A DNA stretch of 63,138 bases. Origin: Rhodospirillales bacterium (GTDB taxonomy: Bacteria > Pseudomonadota > Alphaproteobacteria > Rhodospirillales > 2-12-FULL-67-15). The stretch covers positions 1 to 63,138 of the forward strand of contig VGZQ01000001.1 in NCBI GenBank assembly GCA_016872535.1, written 5' to 3'. The translations under genes were made by a program, and so were the position numbers. The notes below the pieces were generated by a model. That model was given only the letters and a program-made list of their open reading frames with translations, was not told the DNA's origin and made no database searches. Position 1 is the first letter of the stretch, and the number at the start of each line of letters is the position of its first letter. Positions 53,190-61,725 of the stretch are shown here, one piece after another.

Positions 53190-55142
53190 CTATTCGCCAA
53201 GCCCCATTTCGATGTACCCGGTCGGGCAGACGTCGGCGCAGATGTGGCAGCCGATGCACTTCTTGTAGTCGGTGTCGACGTAGCGCCCCATGGCCCGCTT
53301 GTCTTTCTTCACCCTAAACACCGCCGTCTGCGGGCAGAACACCACGCAGTTGTCGCACTCGAAGCACATGCCGCAGGACATGCAGCGCTTGCCTTCGGCG
53401 ATGGCTTGTTCCTCGGTGTAATTGACGATGCGTTCCTGAAAATTTCCGATCACCTCGTCCGCGACGATATGGATTTCCTTGCGCTTGGCCCGCTCGACGT
53501 AGGGGAAATGACCGAGGAACATGTCGTCGTGCTTGATGATTTCGACGAACGAACGGTCTTCGTAGTTGTGGACCGCAAAATTCGCGTCCGAGGTTCCCCG
53601 CGTTTCCTTGTGGTCGTACTCGCCCGGCTCCAATTTACGCTGGCGCAGTTCGTCGAGCAGATTGAACCGGCGCTTGTCCACCTTGGGCCGCTTGCCGAGA
53701 TCCTGGCCGGCGAGGAACCGGTCGATGGATTCGGCCGCGATCCCGGCGTGCCCGATCGCGGTGGTGAGCAGATGCGGACGCACGATGTCGCCGCCGGCGA
53801 AGTGTTTGGGCTTGTCCTTGACCTGGTAGGTGCTTTCGACCGTCATCAGGCCCCTGCCGTTGTCGAAGCTTTCCATGCCCTTGAGGTCGCCGCCCTGGCC
53901 GATGGCCGAAACGATCAAGTCGCACTCGATTTCGAATTCGGTGCCCGGCGTCGGCACCGGGGTCATGCCCTTCATGGTGCACTGGCACATTTTCAGCGCG
54001 CGCGCGCGGCCGTCCGGCCCCTTGAGTACCTCAAGCGGCATCACGCCGCCCTTGATCTCGACGCCTTCGCGCATGGCGTCCTCGCGCTCGCGCGCCGCCG
54101 CGGTCATCTGCTCGACGGGGAAAAGCGAGGTCAGCACCGCCTTGACCCCTTCGCGCCGCATGACGCCGGCGACGTCCTGGGCGGTATGACCGTGAACGAC
54201 CGCTTCCGGCGCGGGAACGTCGCGGCCGTGGGAGATGTAGCCGAGCCGGCGGGCGACCGAGGCGACGTCGATCGAGGTGTCGCCGCCGCCGACCACCACC
54301 ACGCGCTTGGCCACGACCTTGAGCCGGCCTTCGTTGAAGGCGCGCAGGAATTCCACGCCGGCGATGCAGTTGGGCGCGTCCCAGCCGGGCACCGGCAGGG
54401 GGCGACCGACTTGCGCGCCGATCGCCCAGAAGATGGCGTCGAAATCGCGCTCCAGTTGTTCGACCGGCACGTCCTTGCCGACGCGCACGCCAGTCTTGAC
54501 CACGACGCCGGTGTCGACGATGCGCTTGATCTCGGCGTCGAGCATGTCGCGCGGCGTGCGGTAACCGGGAATGCCGTAGCGCATCATGCCGCCGAGTTCG
54601 GGTTGCGATTCGAACAGCGTCACGCCGTGGCCGCGTTCGCGCAAGTAAAGCGCCGCCGACATGCCCGCCGGGCCGCTGCCGATGATGGCGACCTTCTTGC
54701 CGGTTTCCTTTTCCGGCTTGGTGAAGGTCATATTGTGATGGATCGCCCAGTCGCCGACATACTGCTCGACCCCGTTGATGCCGACGAAGTCGTCGACCGC
54801 GTTGCGGTTGCAGCCGGTTTCGCATGGCGCCGGACACACCCGGCCCATGACCGAGGGAAACGGATTGGCCTTGGCCATGCGCCGGAACGCGTATTCCTGC
54901 CACGTCATGCCGGCGACCGGCGGTTTGTCGATGCCGCGCGCGATCTGAAGCCAGCCGCGAATGTCGTGGCCGGAGGGGCAGCTGCCCTGACACGGCGGCG
55001 TGCGGTGCACGTAGGTCGGGCACTTGTGCGACCAGCTCGCCTGGAAAATCTGGTGCTGCAGGTCGCGCCATTTGTTCTTGCCGTCCTCGTAACGGCGGTA
55101 GGTCAGAGCCTTCTCGGCCTTTTTCGGCGTTTCAACGTTCAT
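53190..55142 (-). CDS. dsrL: DsrL paralogue 2
   Basis: 650 aa, collinear with the downstream copy over its full length. By eye about 60-65 percent of residues are identical. Same cluster and dinucleotide motifs. Confidence 0.85.
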   Translation of the reverse strand: MNVETPKKAEKALTYRRYEDGKNKWRDLQHQIFQASWSHKCPTYVHRTPPCQGSCPSGHDIRGWLQIARGIDKPPVAGMTWQEYAFRRMAKANPFPSVMGRVCPAPCETGCNRNAVDDFVGINGVEQYVGDWAIHHNMTFTKPEKETGKKVAIIGSGPAGMSAALYLRERGHGVTLFESQPELGGMMRYGIPGYRTPRDMLDAEIKRIVDTGVVVKTGVRVGKDVPVEQLERDFDAIFWAIGAQVGRPLPVPGWDAPNCIAGVEFLRAFNEGRLKVVAKRVVVVGGGDTSIDVASVARRLGYISHGRDVPAPEAVVHGHTAQDVAGVMRREGVKAVLTSLFPVEQMTAAAREREDAMREGVEIKGGVMPLEVLKGPDGRARALKMCQCTMKGMTPVPTPGTEFEIECDLIVSAIGQGGDLKGMESFDNGRGLMTVESTYQVKDKPKHFAGGDIVRPHLLTTAIGHAGIAAESIDRFLAGQDLGKRPKVDKRRFNLLDELRQRKLEPGEYDHKETRGTSDANFAVHNYEDRSFVEIIKHDDMFLGHFPYVERAKRKEIHIVADEVIGNFQERIVNYTEEQAIAEGKRCMSCGMCFECDNCVVFCPQTAVFRVKKDKRAMGRYVDTDYKKCIGCHICADVCPTGYIEMGLGE

Positions 55143-55169
55143 GGCGCGTCCCTTTCACTGAATTCCGAA

Positions 55170-56672
55170 TTACATCGTCTTTGCCGGTTCGATCCGGATC
55201 GCGTTGCTCACCAGCTGATGCACGCTGACGATCATGTCCATGTCCATGCCGTATTCCGGCAGAACCTTGGTGAATTGACTCTTGCAGATGGCGCAGATGG
55301 CGGCCATGTGGGTGACGCCGCGCCCGGTTACGACTTCCTTGAGCGCCTGCATCCGGGGCATGGCGCCCTTGACCCGAAGCTCGATCAAGTCGTCGGTGAG
55401 CAACCCGCCGCCGCCGCCGCAACAGAAGGTCTTTTCGCCAATGGTATCGGCGCGCATGTCGACGAAATTGTTGCAGCAGGCCTTGATGATTTCGCGCGGA
55501 ATGCGGAACTGCCCGCCCGGTTCCGCGCCCATGCGCGAGCCGCGCGCGACGTTGCAGGAATCGTGGAAGGTGATGACCTTGTCGTCGTTCTTGGACTTGT
55601 CGAAGGTGATGACACCTTTCTGGATCAGGTCGTAGGTAAGCTCGCAAATGTGCTGCGGCGTCGGGTAGGCCGGATCGAGGAAATCCCACGGGCCCGCGAG
55701 CGTGTTGAGGAAGCTGTAGGCGACGCGCCAGGCGTGCCCGCATTCGCCGAAGACGATGCGCTTGACGCCGAGATCGAGCGCGGCCTGGCGGATGCGAAGC
55801 GCGATCTTTTGCATCTGCTCGTAGGAGCCGACGAACAGGGCGAAATTGGCGGCCTCCGAGGCGAACGACGATACCGTCCAGCGGATGCCCGCCTGGTGGA
55901 ACACCTTGGCATAGCCCATCAAGCCTTCGATGTGGGGCGAGGCGAAGAAATCCGCCGACGGCGTCACCAGCAAGACCTCGGCGCCTTTCTCGTTCAGGGG
56001 AATCCGGATGCGCACGCCGGTTTCCTCTTCCATGTCGTCTTCAAGGCCTTCGAGCGTCGCGCGCAGCGCCTTTTCCTGCAGACCCAGGTTGTTGCCGAAC
56101 TTGTGGACCTTGCCGATGATTTCGTTGCTGTACTTCTGGCCCATCCCGATGTGGTCCATGATCTCGCGCCCGGCCATGGAAATTTCCGCGGTGTCGATGC
56201 CGTAGGGGCAGAACACCGCGCAGCGCCGGCACTGCGAGCACTGATGGAAATAGGAATACCAGTCGTCGAGCACTTCGCGCGTCAAGTCCTTGGCGCCGAC
56301 GAGCGCGGGAAAGAACCGGCCGGCAAGCGTGAAATGGCGGCGGTAGACCTGGCGCAGGAGGTCCTGGCGCGCGACCGGCATGTTCTTGGGATCGCCGGTG
56401 CCGAGGAAATAGTGGCACTTGTCGGTGCAGGCGCCGCACTTGACGCAAGAGTCGAGAAAGACCCGGAGCGCGCGCGAGCGTTCCAGCAACTCGCCCATCT
56501 TGGCGATCGCCTTGTCGTGCCAATCCTCGACCAACTCCCCCGGAAAGCCGAGCGGCTGCTGGTGTTCCGGCTTGGCGACAAACGGCTTGGAGTGCGCCAT
56601 CGCATTTTCCGCAATGGCCGGAATCACGAGATCGTCCGTCAACTCGGGCTTGGTGTATTGGGGCGCGGCCAT
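55170..56672 (-). CDS. dsrK: DsrK, HdrD-like catalytic subunit with CCG domains
   Basis: CVKCGACTDKC and CSQCRRCAVFCP FeS motifs, plus CCG-type Cys clusters (FCCGGGGG). 500 aa. Confidence 0.9.
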   Translation of the reverse strand: MAAPQYTKPELTDDLVIPAIAENAMAHSKPFVAKPEHQQPLGFPGELVEDWHDKAIAKMGELLERSRALRVFLDSCVKCGACTDKCHYFLGTGDPKNMPVARQDLLRQVYRRHFTLAGRFFPALVGAKDLTREVLDDWYSYFHQCSQCRRCAVFCPYGIDTAEISMAGREIMDHIGMGQKYSNEIIGKVHKFGNNLGLQEKALRATLEGLEDDMEEETGVRIRIPLNEKGAEVLLVTPSADFFASPHIEGLMGYAKVFHQAGIRWTVSSFASEAANFALFVGSYEQMQKIALRIRQAALDLGVKRIVFGECGHAWRVAYSFLNTLAGPWDFLDPAYPTPQHICELTYDLIQKGVITFDKSKNDDKVITFHDSCNVARGSRMGAEPGGQFRIPREIIKACCNNFVDMRADTIGEKTFCCGGGGGLLTDDLIELRVKGAMPRMQALKEVVTGRGVTHMAAICAICKSQFTKVLPEYGMDMDMIVSVHQLVSNAIRIEPAKTM

Positions 56673-56684
56673 GAATGGGATTCC

Positions 56685-57428
56685 CTAGGGCCGGCCCTGG
56701 TCGAGCGCCGCCGCCCAGCGCGCGAGATGGCGGCGCGAGCGCGCATCGTCGACCTGATTGCGGGTCGGGCTGAAGAACACGCCGGGCGCGTGCAGGAGCT
56801 TGCTGAACGGAAACACGATCATCAGCACCGCGACCAAGGCGAGATGAACGAGAAGGAAGGGTTCCGCCGGCAACGGCTGCCAATCGAACCGCATCAGGCC
56901 GAGGGCGAACGCCTTGAGGGCGACGATATCGGTCCGCTCCACGTATTTGAGCGCCAGCCCGGAAAGCCCGATGCCGGCCAGCAGCGCCAGCATCAGGTGA
57001 TCGGAAAGGGACGAGATATAGCGCACCCGCTCGACCAGGAACCGGCGCGCCCATAACCCGGCGAGCCCGGCGACCATGGCGAAACCGGCGTATAGGCCGA
57101 AGGGCTGGATCAGCTTGACCCATTCCCAGACGGGCTCCTGGAAATAACGCAGATGGCGCAGCAGGACGAGCACCAGCGCCGCGTGGAACAGGGCGGCGAA
57201 CAGCCAGATCCACTTGTTCGACTTGAACAGGCTTTCGAACAAGACGACTTCGCGCGCGAGGCGGAAGGCGACCCCGCTTTTGGTCAGCGGCGCGGGCGGG
57301 GTCGGAATCTTGAGCGGCGCGGGAGTCTTCGCGTAGAGCCAAATCCGGTAAGCGAGGCCGAGGCCGAACACCGCCGTCGCCGCGTAGAAGAGAAGGGCAT
57401 AGGTGACGGTCAGCGCGGTCATGTCCAT
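56685..57428 (-). CDS. dsrM: DsrM, NarI-like dihaem cytochrome b membrane subunit
   Basis: 247 aa, 5 TM, with conserved His residues in TM helices. Its position between dsrC and dsrK is canonical. Confidence 0.85.
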   Translation of the reverse strand: MDMTALTVTYALLFYAATAVFGLGLAYRIWLYAKTPAPLKIPTPPAPLTKSGVAFRLAREVVLFESLFKSNKWIWLFAALFHAALVLVLLRHLRYFQEPVWEWVKLIQPFGLYAGFAMVAGLAGLWARRFLVERVRYISSLSDHLMLALLAGIGLSGLALKYVERTDIVALKAFALGLMRFDWQPLPAEPFLLVHLALVAVLMIVFPFSKLLHAPGVFFSPTRNQVDDARSRRHLARWAAALDQGRP

Positions 57429-57504
57429 ACTCCTGGCGCGGCCGGATGCGCGTCTTGCGCCTGCGCCCGCCTAGCGGCGGGACGCGCCCATGCCTGGACC
57501 TTTC

Positions 57505-57531
57505 GGCCGGAAGCGTTGCGTGCTTCCGGCC
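57505..57531 (-). other. perfect 10-bp stem-loop in the dsrC-dsrM spacer
   Basis: GGCCGGAAGC gttgcgt GCTTCCGGCC. A second 6-bp hairpin (CCCGCC tagc GGCGGG) lies at 57466-57481. Neither is followed by a U-tract. Confidence 0.65.
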
Positions 57532-57541
57532 CTTGGCGCGC

Positions 57542-57874
57542 TCAGACGCAACCGGTCGGCTTGGGCAGGCCGGCGATTTTGCACGCCTGCTTGGCCGGCC
57601 CGTAGGGGAACAGGTCGTAAAGGTACTTGTTGTTGCCCTTCTCCGGTCCGAACTTTTCTTTCATCGCTTTGGTCAGCACGCGGATCGCCGGGGCGATCTG
57701 GTATTCGTTGTAGTAGTCGCGCAGGAAGTTGACCACTTCCCAGTGCTCGTCGGTCATGTTGACGTTCTCGGCCTGGGCGATAGCCGCGGCGATTTCTTTG
57801 CTCCAGATACTGAGGTCTGTGAGATAGCCCTCTTCATCGGTCTCGATGGTGTTTCCGTTAACGGTGTATGGCAC
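57542..57874 (-). CDS. dsrC: DsrC, sulfur-carrier/substrate protein of DsrAB
   Basis: 110 aa ending in ...[13 protein letters not shown], so both conserved C-terminal-arm cysteines are present. The GTG start at 57874 is preceded by GGAGA. Confidence 0.9.
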   Translation of the reverse strand: MPYTVNGNTIETDEEGYLTDLSIWSKEIAAAIAQAENVNMTDEHWEVVNFLRDYYNEYQIAPAIRVLTKAMKEKFGPEKGNNKYLYDLFPYGPAKQACKIAGLPKPTGCV

Positions 57875-57926
57875 GATACAGTCTCCTCTCTCTGCGATGT
57901 TGGACCGCGCTAGCGGCTGAAGTGGT

Positions 57927-58229
57927 TCAAAGCCACGAATTGACCGTTCTCTTGGCAACGGCGAGGTCGACGAACCCGCCGTAATCGACGACCTTGATTC
58001 CGCCGATGACCCGGGTTTCTTCCAGACCGCGCGCCTTGAGGTCCGGCCCCAGAACGTAGATGTCATGGGTCCGGGTCGCGGCCTCGACCTTGGCCGATTG
58101 GGCCGTTCCCGCAAGCGCCCCGTAGACGCCGTCCTCGATCAGCAGGATCGCGCTGCCCGGGGCCGCGAGTCGGAGGCAGGAATCGAGCGCGTTGCGCTCG
58201 AAGGGCGATTTGTTGACCGTGTGCAGCAT
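57927..58229 (-). CDS. dsrH: DsrH (TusB-like)
   Basis: 100 aa, [10 protein letters not shown].... Third gene of the dsrEFH triplet. Confidence 0.85.
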   Translation of the reverse strand: MLHTVNKSPFERNALDSCLRLAAPGSAILLIEDGVYGALAGTAQSAKVEAATRTHDIYVLGPDLKARGLEETRVIGGIKVVDYGGFVDLAVAKRTVNSWL

Positions 58230-58246
58230 GCGCGATGCGCCTCGAT

Positions 58247-58639
58247 TCAGCCGGTGATCAGAACGTCCTGCTCGGCCATCAGCTTGCCGAGCTCGGCCGC
58301 GGGCACGACCTGCACCTTGACCACGAAATCGTCGGGCGTCAGCCCGCGCGCTTCCATCGATTCCTTCTCGACGTAGAGCTTCTCGATGTCGTAGCCCGCG
58401 AGGGCGCGGAACGTCGGCGAGAAGTTCTTCATGCCGAGTTCCTTGGGATCGTGGCCCTTCTTGATCTGGAATACGCCGTCGTCGAGGAAAGCGACCGACG
58501 TGTCCTGGTCGAAAGCGGCCGAAATCAGCACCGATTCCAGAATCTCGAGCGGGTAGATGGTACCATAGGGCGCCTTGCGGTTCACGAACATGAACTTCTT
58601 GACGACGCCTTCGGTTTCGAAAACGGGTTCTTCGCTCAT
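58247..58639 (-). CDS. dsrF: DsrF (TusC-like)
   Basis: 130 aa DsrE/F-fold protein located between dsrE and dsrH. Confidence 0.85.
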   Translation of the reverse strand: MSEEPVFETEGVVKKFMFVNRKAPYGTIYPLEILESVLISAAFDQDTSVAFLDDGVFQIKKGHDPKELGMKNFSPTFRALAGYDIEKLYVEKESMEARGLTPDDFVVKVQVVPAAELGKLMAEQDVLITG

Positions 58640-58652
58640 CGCGCTTTCTCCC

Positions 58653-59012
58653 TCAGTCGCCGAACACCAGCAGGCGGTCGGCGGCGATGCCGAGCTCGGT
58701 CAACTGGCCAAGGCCCGAAATCCGGAACCCTTCCGCCAGGACCTGGTCCTTGATGCCCCGGCGCAGGCCCGCCGCGACGCACACCACCAGGTCCACCTTG
58801 TGCGCCTTCGCCATATCGCCCCACAGCTTGACCAGGTTGCGGTCATCCGATTGCGGTTCGGACAGCTTGTTGGCGTTGTTGACGCCGTCGTAATAGAAGA
58901 ACACGCGCATCACCTGGTGGCCCTTGGCGATCGCGGCCTTGGCGAACTGATAGGCCGAATCGGAGGCCTGGTGGTTGAACGGTCCTTCGTTGACCAGAAT
59001 GCCGAATTTCAT
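58653..59012 (-). CDS. dsrE: DsrE (TusD-like sulfurtransferase)
   Basis: 119 aa, MKFGILVNEGPF.... The conserved Cys is in VVCVAAGLRRG. Confidence 0.85.
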   Translation of the reverse strand: MKFGILVNEGPFNHQASDSAYQFAKAAIAKGHQVMRVFFYYDGVNNANKLSEPQSDDRNLVKLWGDMAKAHKVDLVVCVAAGLRRGIKDQVLAEGFRISGLGQLTELGIAADRLLVFGD

Positions 59013-59058
59013 CGCCGCGATCTCGGTCTGTTCGATAATGCCGACGCTTCAGGTCGCG

Positions 59059-59083
59059 CCCCGATGGCCTCTCGCCATCGGGG
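59059..59083 (-). other. perfect 9-bp stem-loop in the dsrB-dsrE spacer
   Basis: CCCCGATGG cctctcg CCATCGGGG, 18 nt after the dsrB stop on the minus strand. Confidence 0.65.
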
Positions 59084-59100
59084 TACGAATCGTCGCGGCC

Positions 59101-60228
59101 TCAGAAGTGCACGTGACTGGAAGCGTTCAGGCTCGCCCGGCCGCCGCGCCAATCGTCGATGTGGTACTTGGTGAACGGCAGACCGGTCAACTCGAAGAAC
59201 CGGGGCCAGCCGATGCGGTCGATCCATTCGTTCATCCGCTCCCACGCCCGGGCGTTTTCCTTGTAGGCGTAGAGGATGGTTTTGACCACTTGGGCGACCT
59301 CGGGCCAGCGCGGCGGGTTGTTGGGCAGTCCGGCCGCCACCAGCTTGTGGAACGCCGGCTTCGAGCGGGTGCTGGAATGCTTGCCGCCGACCCAGATCGC
59401 GAGCTTGGAGTTTTCCGGGTCGTTGATCTGCATCGGCGGGCACGGCGGATAGCACGCGCCGCAACAGATGCACTTGCGTTCGTCGACCTCAAGCGAGGGC
59501 TTGCCGTTGACCAGCGCCGGACGGATCGCGGCGACCGGGCAGCGCGCGATCACCGCCGGGCGTTCGCACACGTTGGCGACCAGATCGTGGTTGATCTTGG
59601 GCGGCTTGGTGTGCTGGACGTTGATGGCGATGTCGCCCTGGCCGCCGCAGTTGATCTGGCAGCACGAGGTCGTGATTTTGACCCGGTTGGGCATTTCCTC
59701 TTTCTTGAACTCTTCGTAGAGCTCGTCCATCAGCGCCTTGACCACGCCCGAGGCGTCGGTGCCGGGGATGTCGCAGTGCAGCCACCCTTGGGTGTGGGAG
59801 ATCATGGATACCGAATTGCCGGTGCCGCCGACCGGGAAGCCTTCGGCTTCCAGCTTTTCAATCAGGGGCGCCACCTTCTTTTCGTCGGCGACGCCGATCT
59901 CGATGTTGGAACGCGCCGTGAAGCGCATGTGCCCTTCGCCGTACTTGTCGACGATTTCGCAAATTTTGCGGATGGTGTAGACGTCCATCTGCCGCTGGGT
60001 TCCCGCCTTCACGGTCCACAGCTGATCGCCGTTCTTGGCGACGTGATGGAGTACGCCCGGCCGCGGCCGGTCGTGCCACGCCCACTGGCCGAAGTTCTTG
60101 CGCATCAATGGATGCATCAAGGGCATCGGGTCGGGCACGCCGCATTCGTCGGGCATGCGCGGCGGCGGTGCCTTGGGCGCCTGCATTTGCGGGGTGGCTT
60201 GCGGGGTCGGCGCTTGCGGTTGGCTCAT
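59101..60228 (-). CDS. dsrB: dissimilatory sulfite reductase beta subunit
   Basis: DsrB core with sirohaem/FeS Cys motifs (HTQGWLHCDIP, TSCCQINCGG) and the inserted ferredoxin domain (CPVAA...CICCGACYPPCP). The chosen start gives a Pro/Gln-rich N-terminal extension, so the start is uncertain. Confidence 0.88.
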   Translation of the reverse strand: MSQPQAPTPQATPQMQAPKAPPPRMPDECGVPDPMPLMHPLMRKNFGQWAWHDRPRPGVLHHVAKNGDQLWTVKAGTQRQMDVYTIRKICEIVDKYGEGHMRFTARSNIEIGVADEKKVAPLIEKLEAEGFPVGGTGNSVSMISHTQGWLHCDIPGTDASGVVKALMDELYEEFKKEEMPNRVKITTSCCQINCGGQGDIAINVQHTKPPKINHDLVANVCERPAVIARCPVAAIRPALVNGKPSLEVDERKCICCGACYPPCPPMQINDPENSKLAIWVGGKHSSTRSKPAFHKLVAAGLPNNPPRWPEVAQVVKTILYAYKENARAWERMNEWIDRIGWPRFFELTGLPFTKYHIDDWRGGRASLNASSHVHF

Positions 60229-60253
60229 GGCTGTCGGTCCCGGTCGGATGGGG

Positions 60254-61558
60254 TTATTCGGCGGCGGCGGCTTTGGGTGCCTCGGCCGACGCCTTGGCGG
60301 CTTGGCGCGCCTTCCACTTTTCCACTTCCTCGTCCCAGCCATCGAGGCGGACGTAGGAACTGGTGCGCGGATGGATGACCATGTTGGCGTCGGGTTCGAG
60401 GCCGATGCCGTCGAGGAAGTTGACCAGGCCGATGCGCTCGATCATCTCGCCCAGGCGCTCGTGGTCGAGGGCGTTTTCCGCCCAGAACTCGAGCACGCGG
60501 CGGCCGAGATCGACGAGCTTTTCGTAGTCTTCCTCGGTTTCGAGACGCATGAATGGCACCAGCACGGTACCCATCAGATCGCCGATCTTGAGCGAACGCT
60601 TGCCGCCCGCGAGCACCGTCGCGCCGCGTACCTTGCCCGGCTTCAGCGCCTTGGTCAGCACGTTGATACAGTGCATGCAGCGCACGCAGCTCTTGTTGTC
60701 GACGTCGAGGGTATCGTCGTCGTTCAGGCTCAGCGCCCGGGTCGGGCACATATTGATGACCTGGTCGATGATTTCCTTGCGGCCGCGCTGCTTGACCGCC
60801 TTCTTGAACTCGTCCTGATCGACCTGCATGTCGTCGGCCCAGGTGCCGAGCACGGCGAAGTCGGACCGGTGCGAGGCATTGACGCAGTCGTTGGCGCAGC
60901 CGGAGAACTTGAACTTGAACTTGTAGGGCAGCGCCGGCCGGTGCATCTCCTCGAGCAGCGAGTTGATCGTCATCCGGTGCGCCTTCTGCTCGTTATAGCA
61001 GGACTGCTCGCAGCGCGCGGCGCCGACGCAGCTCATGGACGTGCGCACGCCCGCGCCCGCGCCACCGAGGTCGAAGCCGATCTCGTTCAGTTCGTCGAAG
61101 CAGGCCTGAACCTTGTCGGTCCGGATGCCCTGGAACATGATGTCGCCCGACTGGCCGTGGAAGGCGATCAGCCCGGAGCCGTACTTTTCCCAAATGTCGC
61201 ACAGCTTGCGCATGGTGGCGGTGTCGTAATGCATGCCCGCCGGCGGCTGGACGCGGAAGGTGTGGAATTCGGAGGATTCGGGGAACTTCTCGCGCACTTC
61301 CGAGAAACGAGGGATGATGCCGGCACCGTAGCCGCGCACGCCGACCGTGCCGCCTTTCCAATAACCCTTGCGCGTTTCGTAGGAGTGCTCGAGCTGGCCG
61401 AGCAGGTCCTTCATCATCGGCGCGTATTGTTTGTCCTCGGACTGGGCGAGGCGCTTCAAGCCGGTGACGAAACTCGGCCAAGGGCCGCTTTCGAGCTGAT
61501 CGAGTAACGGGGTCGCCGGCATCGCCTTGCCGGACTTGGCGGTGGTATCTTGAGCCAT
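60254..61558 (-). CDS. dsrA: dissimilatory sulfite reductase alpha subunit
   Basis: PWPSFVTG N-terminal motif, CVGAARCEQSC and SGCANDC sirohaem-FeS motifs, and the ferredoxin insert CPTRA...CVRCMHC. The ATG at 61558 is preceded by GGGAGGAA. Confidence 0.9.
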   Translation of the reverse strand: MAQDTTAKSGKAMPATPLLDQLESGPWPSFVTGLKRLAQSEDKQYAPMMKDLLGQLEHSYETRKGYWKGGTVGVRGYGAGIIPRFSEVREKFPESSEFHTFRVQPPAGMHYDTATMRKLCDIWEKYGSGLIAFHGQSGDIMFQGIRTDKVQACFDELNEIGFDLGGAGAGVRTSMSCVGAARCEQSCYNEQKAHRMTINSLLEEMHRPALPYKFKFKFSGCANDCVNASHRSDFAVLGTWADDMQVDQDEFKKAVKQRGRKEIIDQVINMCPTRALSLNDDDTLDVDNKSCVRCMHCINVLTKALKPGKVRGATVLAGGKRSLKIGDLMGTVLVPFMRLETEEDYEKLVDLGRRVLEFWAENALDHERLGEMIERIGLVNFLDGIGLEPDANMVIHPRTSSYVRLDGWDEEVEKWKARQAAKASAEAPKAAAAE

Positions 61559-61682
61559 TGGTTCCTCCCTCGCGGCGCGCGTAAAAAATAACGTGCACTT
61601 GCTCCCGGCGCGGTCGACCTGCGAATGTGAATCAGGTGCAGCCGGCCTAACCAATCGAACGATAGACGATGGATCATAGGTG

Positions 61683-61724
61683 ACTAAAATCTAATATGCA
61701 ATATTCTTAATGTGCCTTTGCACA
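61683..61724. promoter_or_regulatory. AT-rich dsrA / tauD-like divergent control region with TAAAATCTA and two palindromes
   Basis: ACTAAAATCTAATATGCAATATTCTTAATGTGCCTTTGCACA contains TAAAATCTA, shared with the 22640 and 27071 elements. It also contains AATAT-gca-ATATT (61693-61705) and TGTGC-cttt-GCACA (61711-61724). Confidence 0.5.
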
Positions 61725-61725
61725 T

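Larger units (their letters stand above)
51155..55142 (-). repeat. tandem gene duplication (dsrL-dsrL)
   Basis: Two full-length paralogues lie head to tail. A 50-nt stretch is identical at 51204-51253 and 53236-53285. It encodes the C-terminal YVDTDYKKCIGCHICA region. Confidence 0.85.

Noticed and set aside
53244-57056. Very long antisense ORFs. Examples are the 1270-aa ORF at 53244-57056 (+), 984 aa at 35686-38640 (-), 881 aa at 45292-47937 (+), 874 aa at 7901-10525 (+) and 710 aa at 38495-40627 (-).
   Set aside because: They are Arg/Ala/Gly/Asp-rich shadow frames opposite well-supported genes (dsrL/K/M, fhs, dsrN, tctABC, GMC). This is typical of high-GC DNA, where stop codons are rare. 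They have no recognisable motifs.
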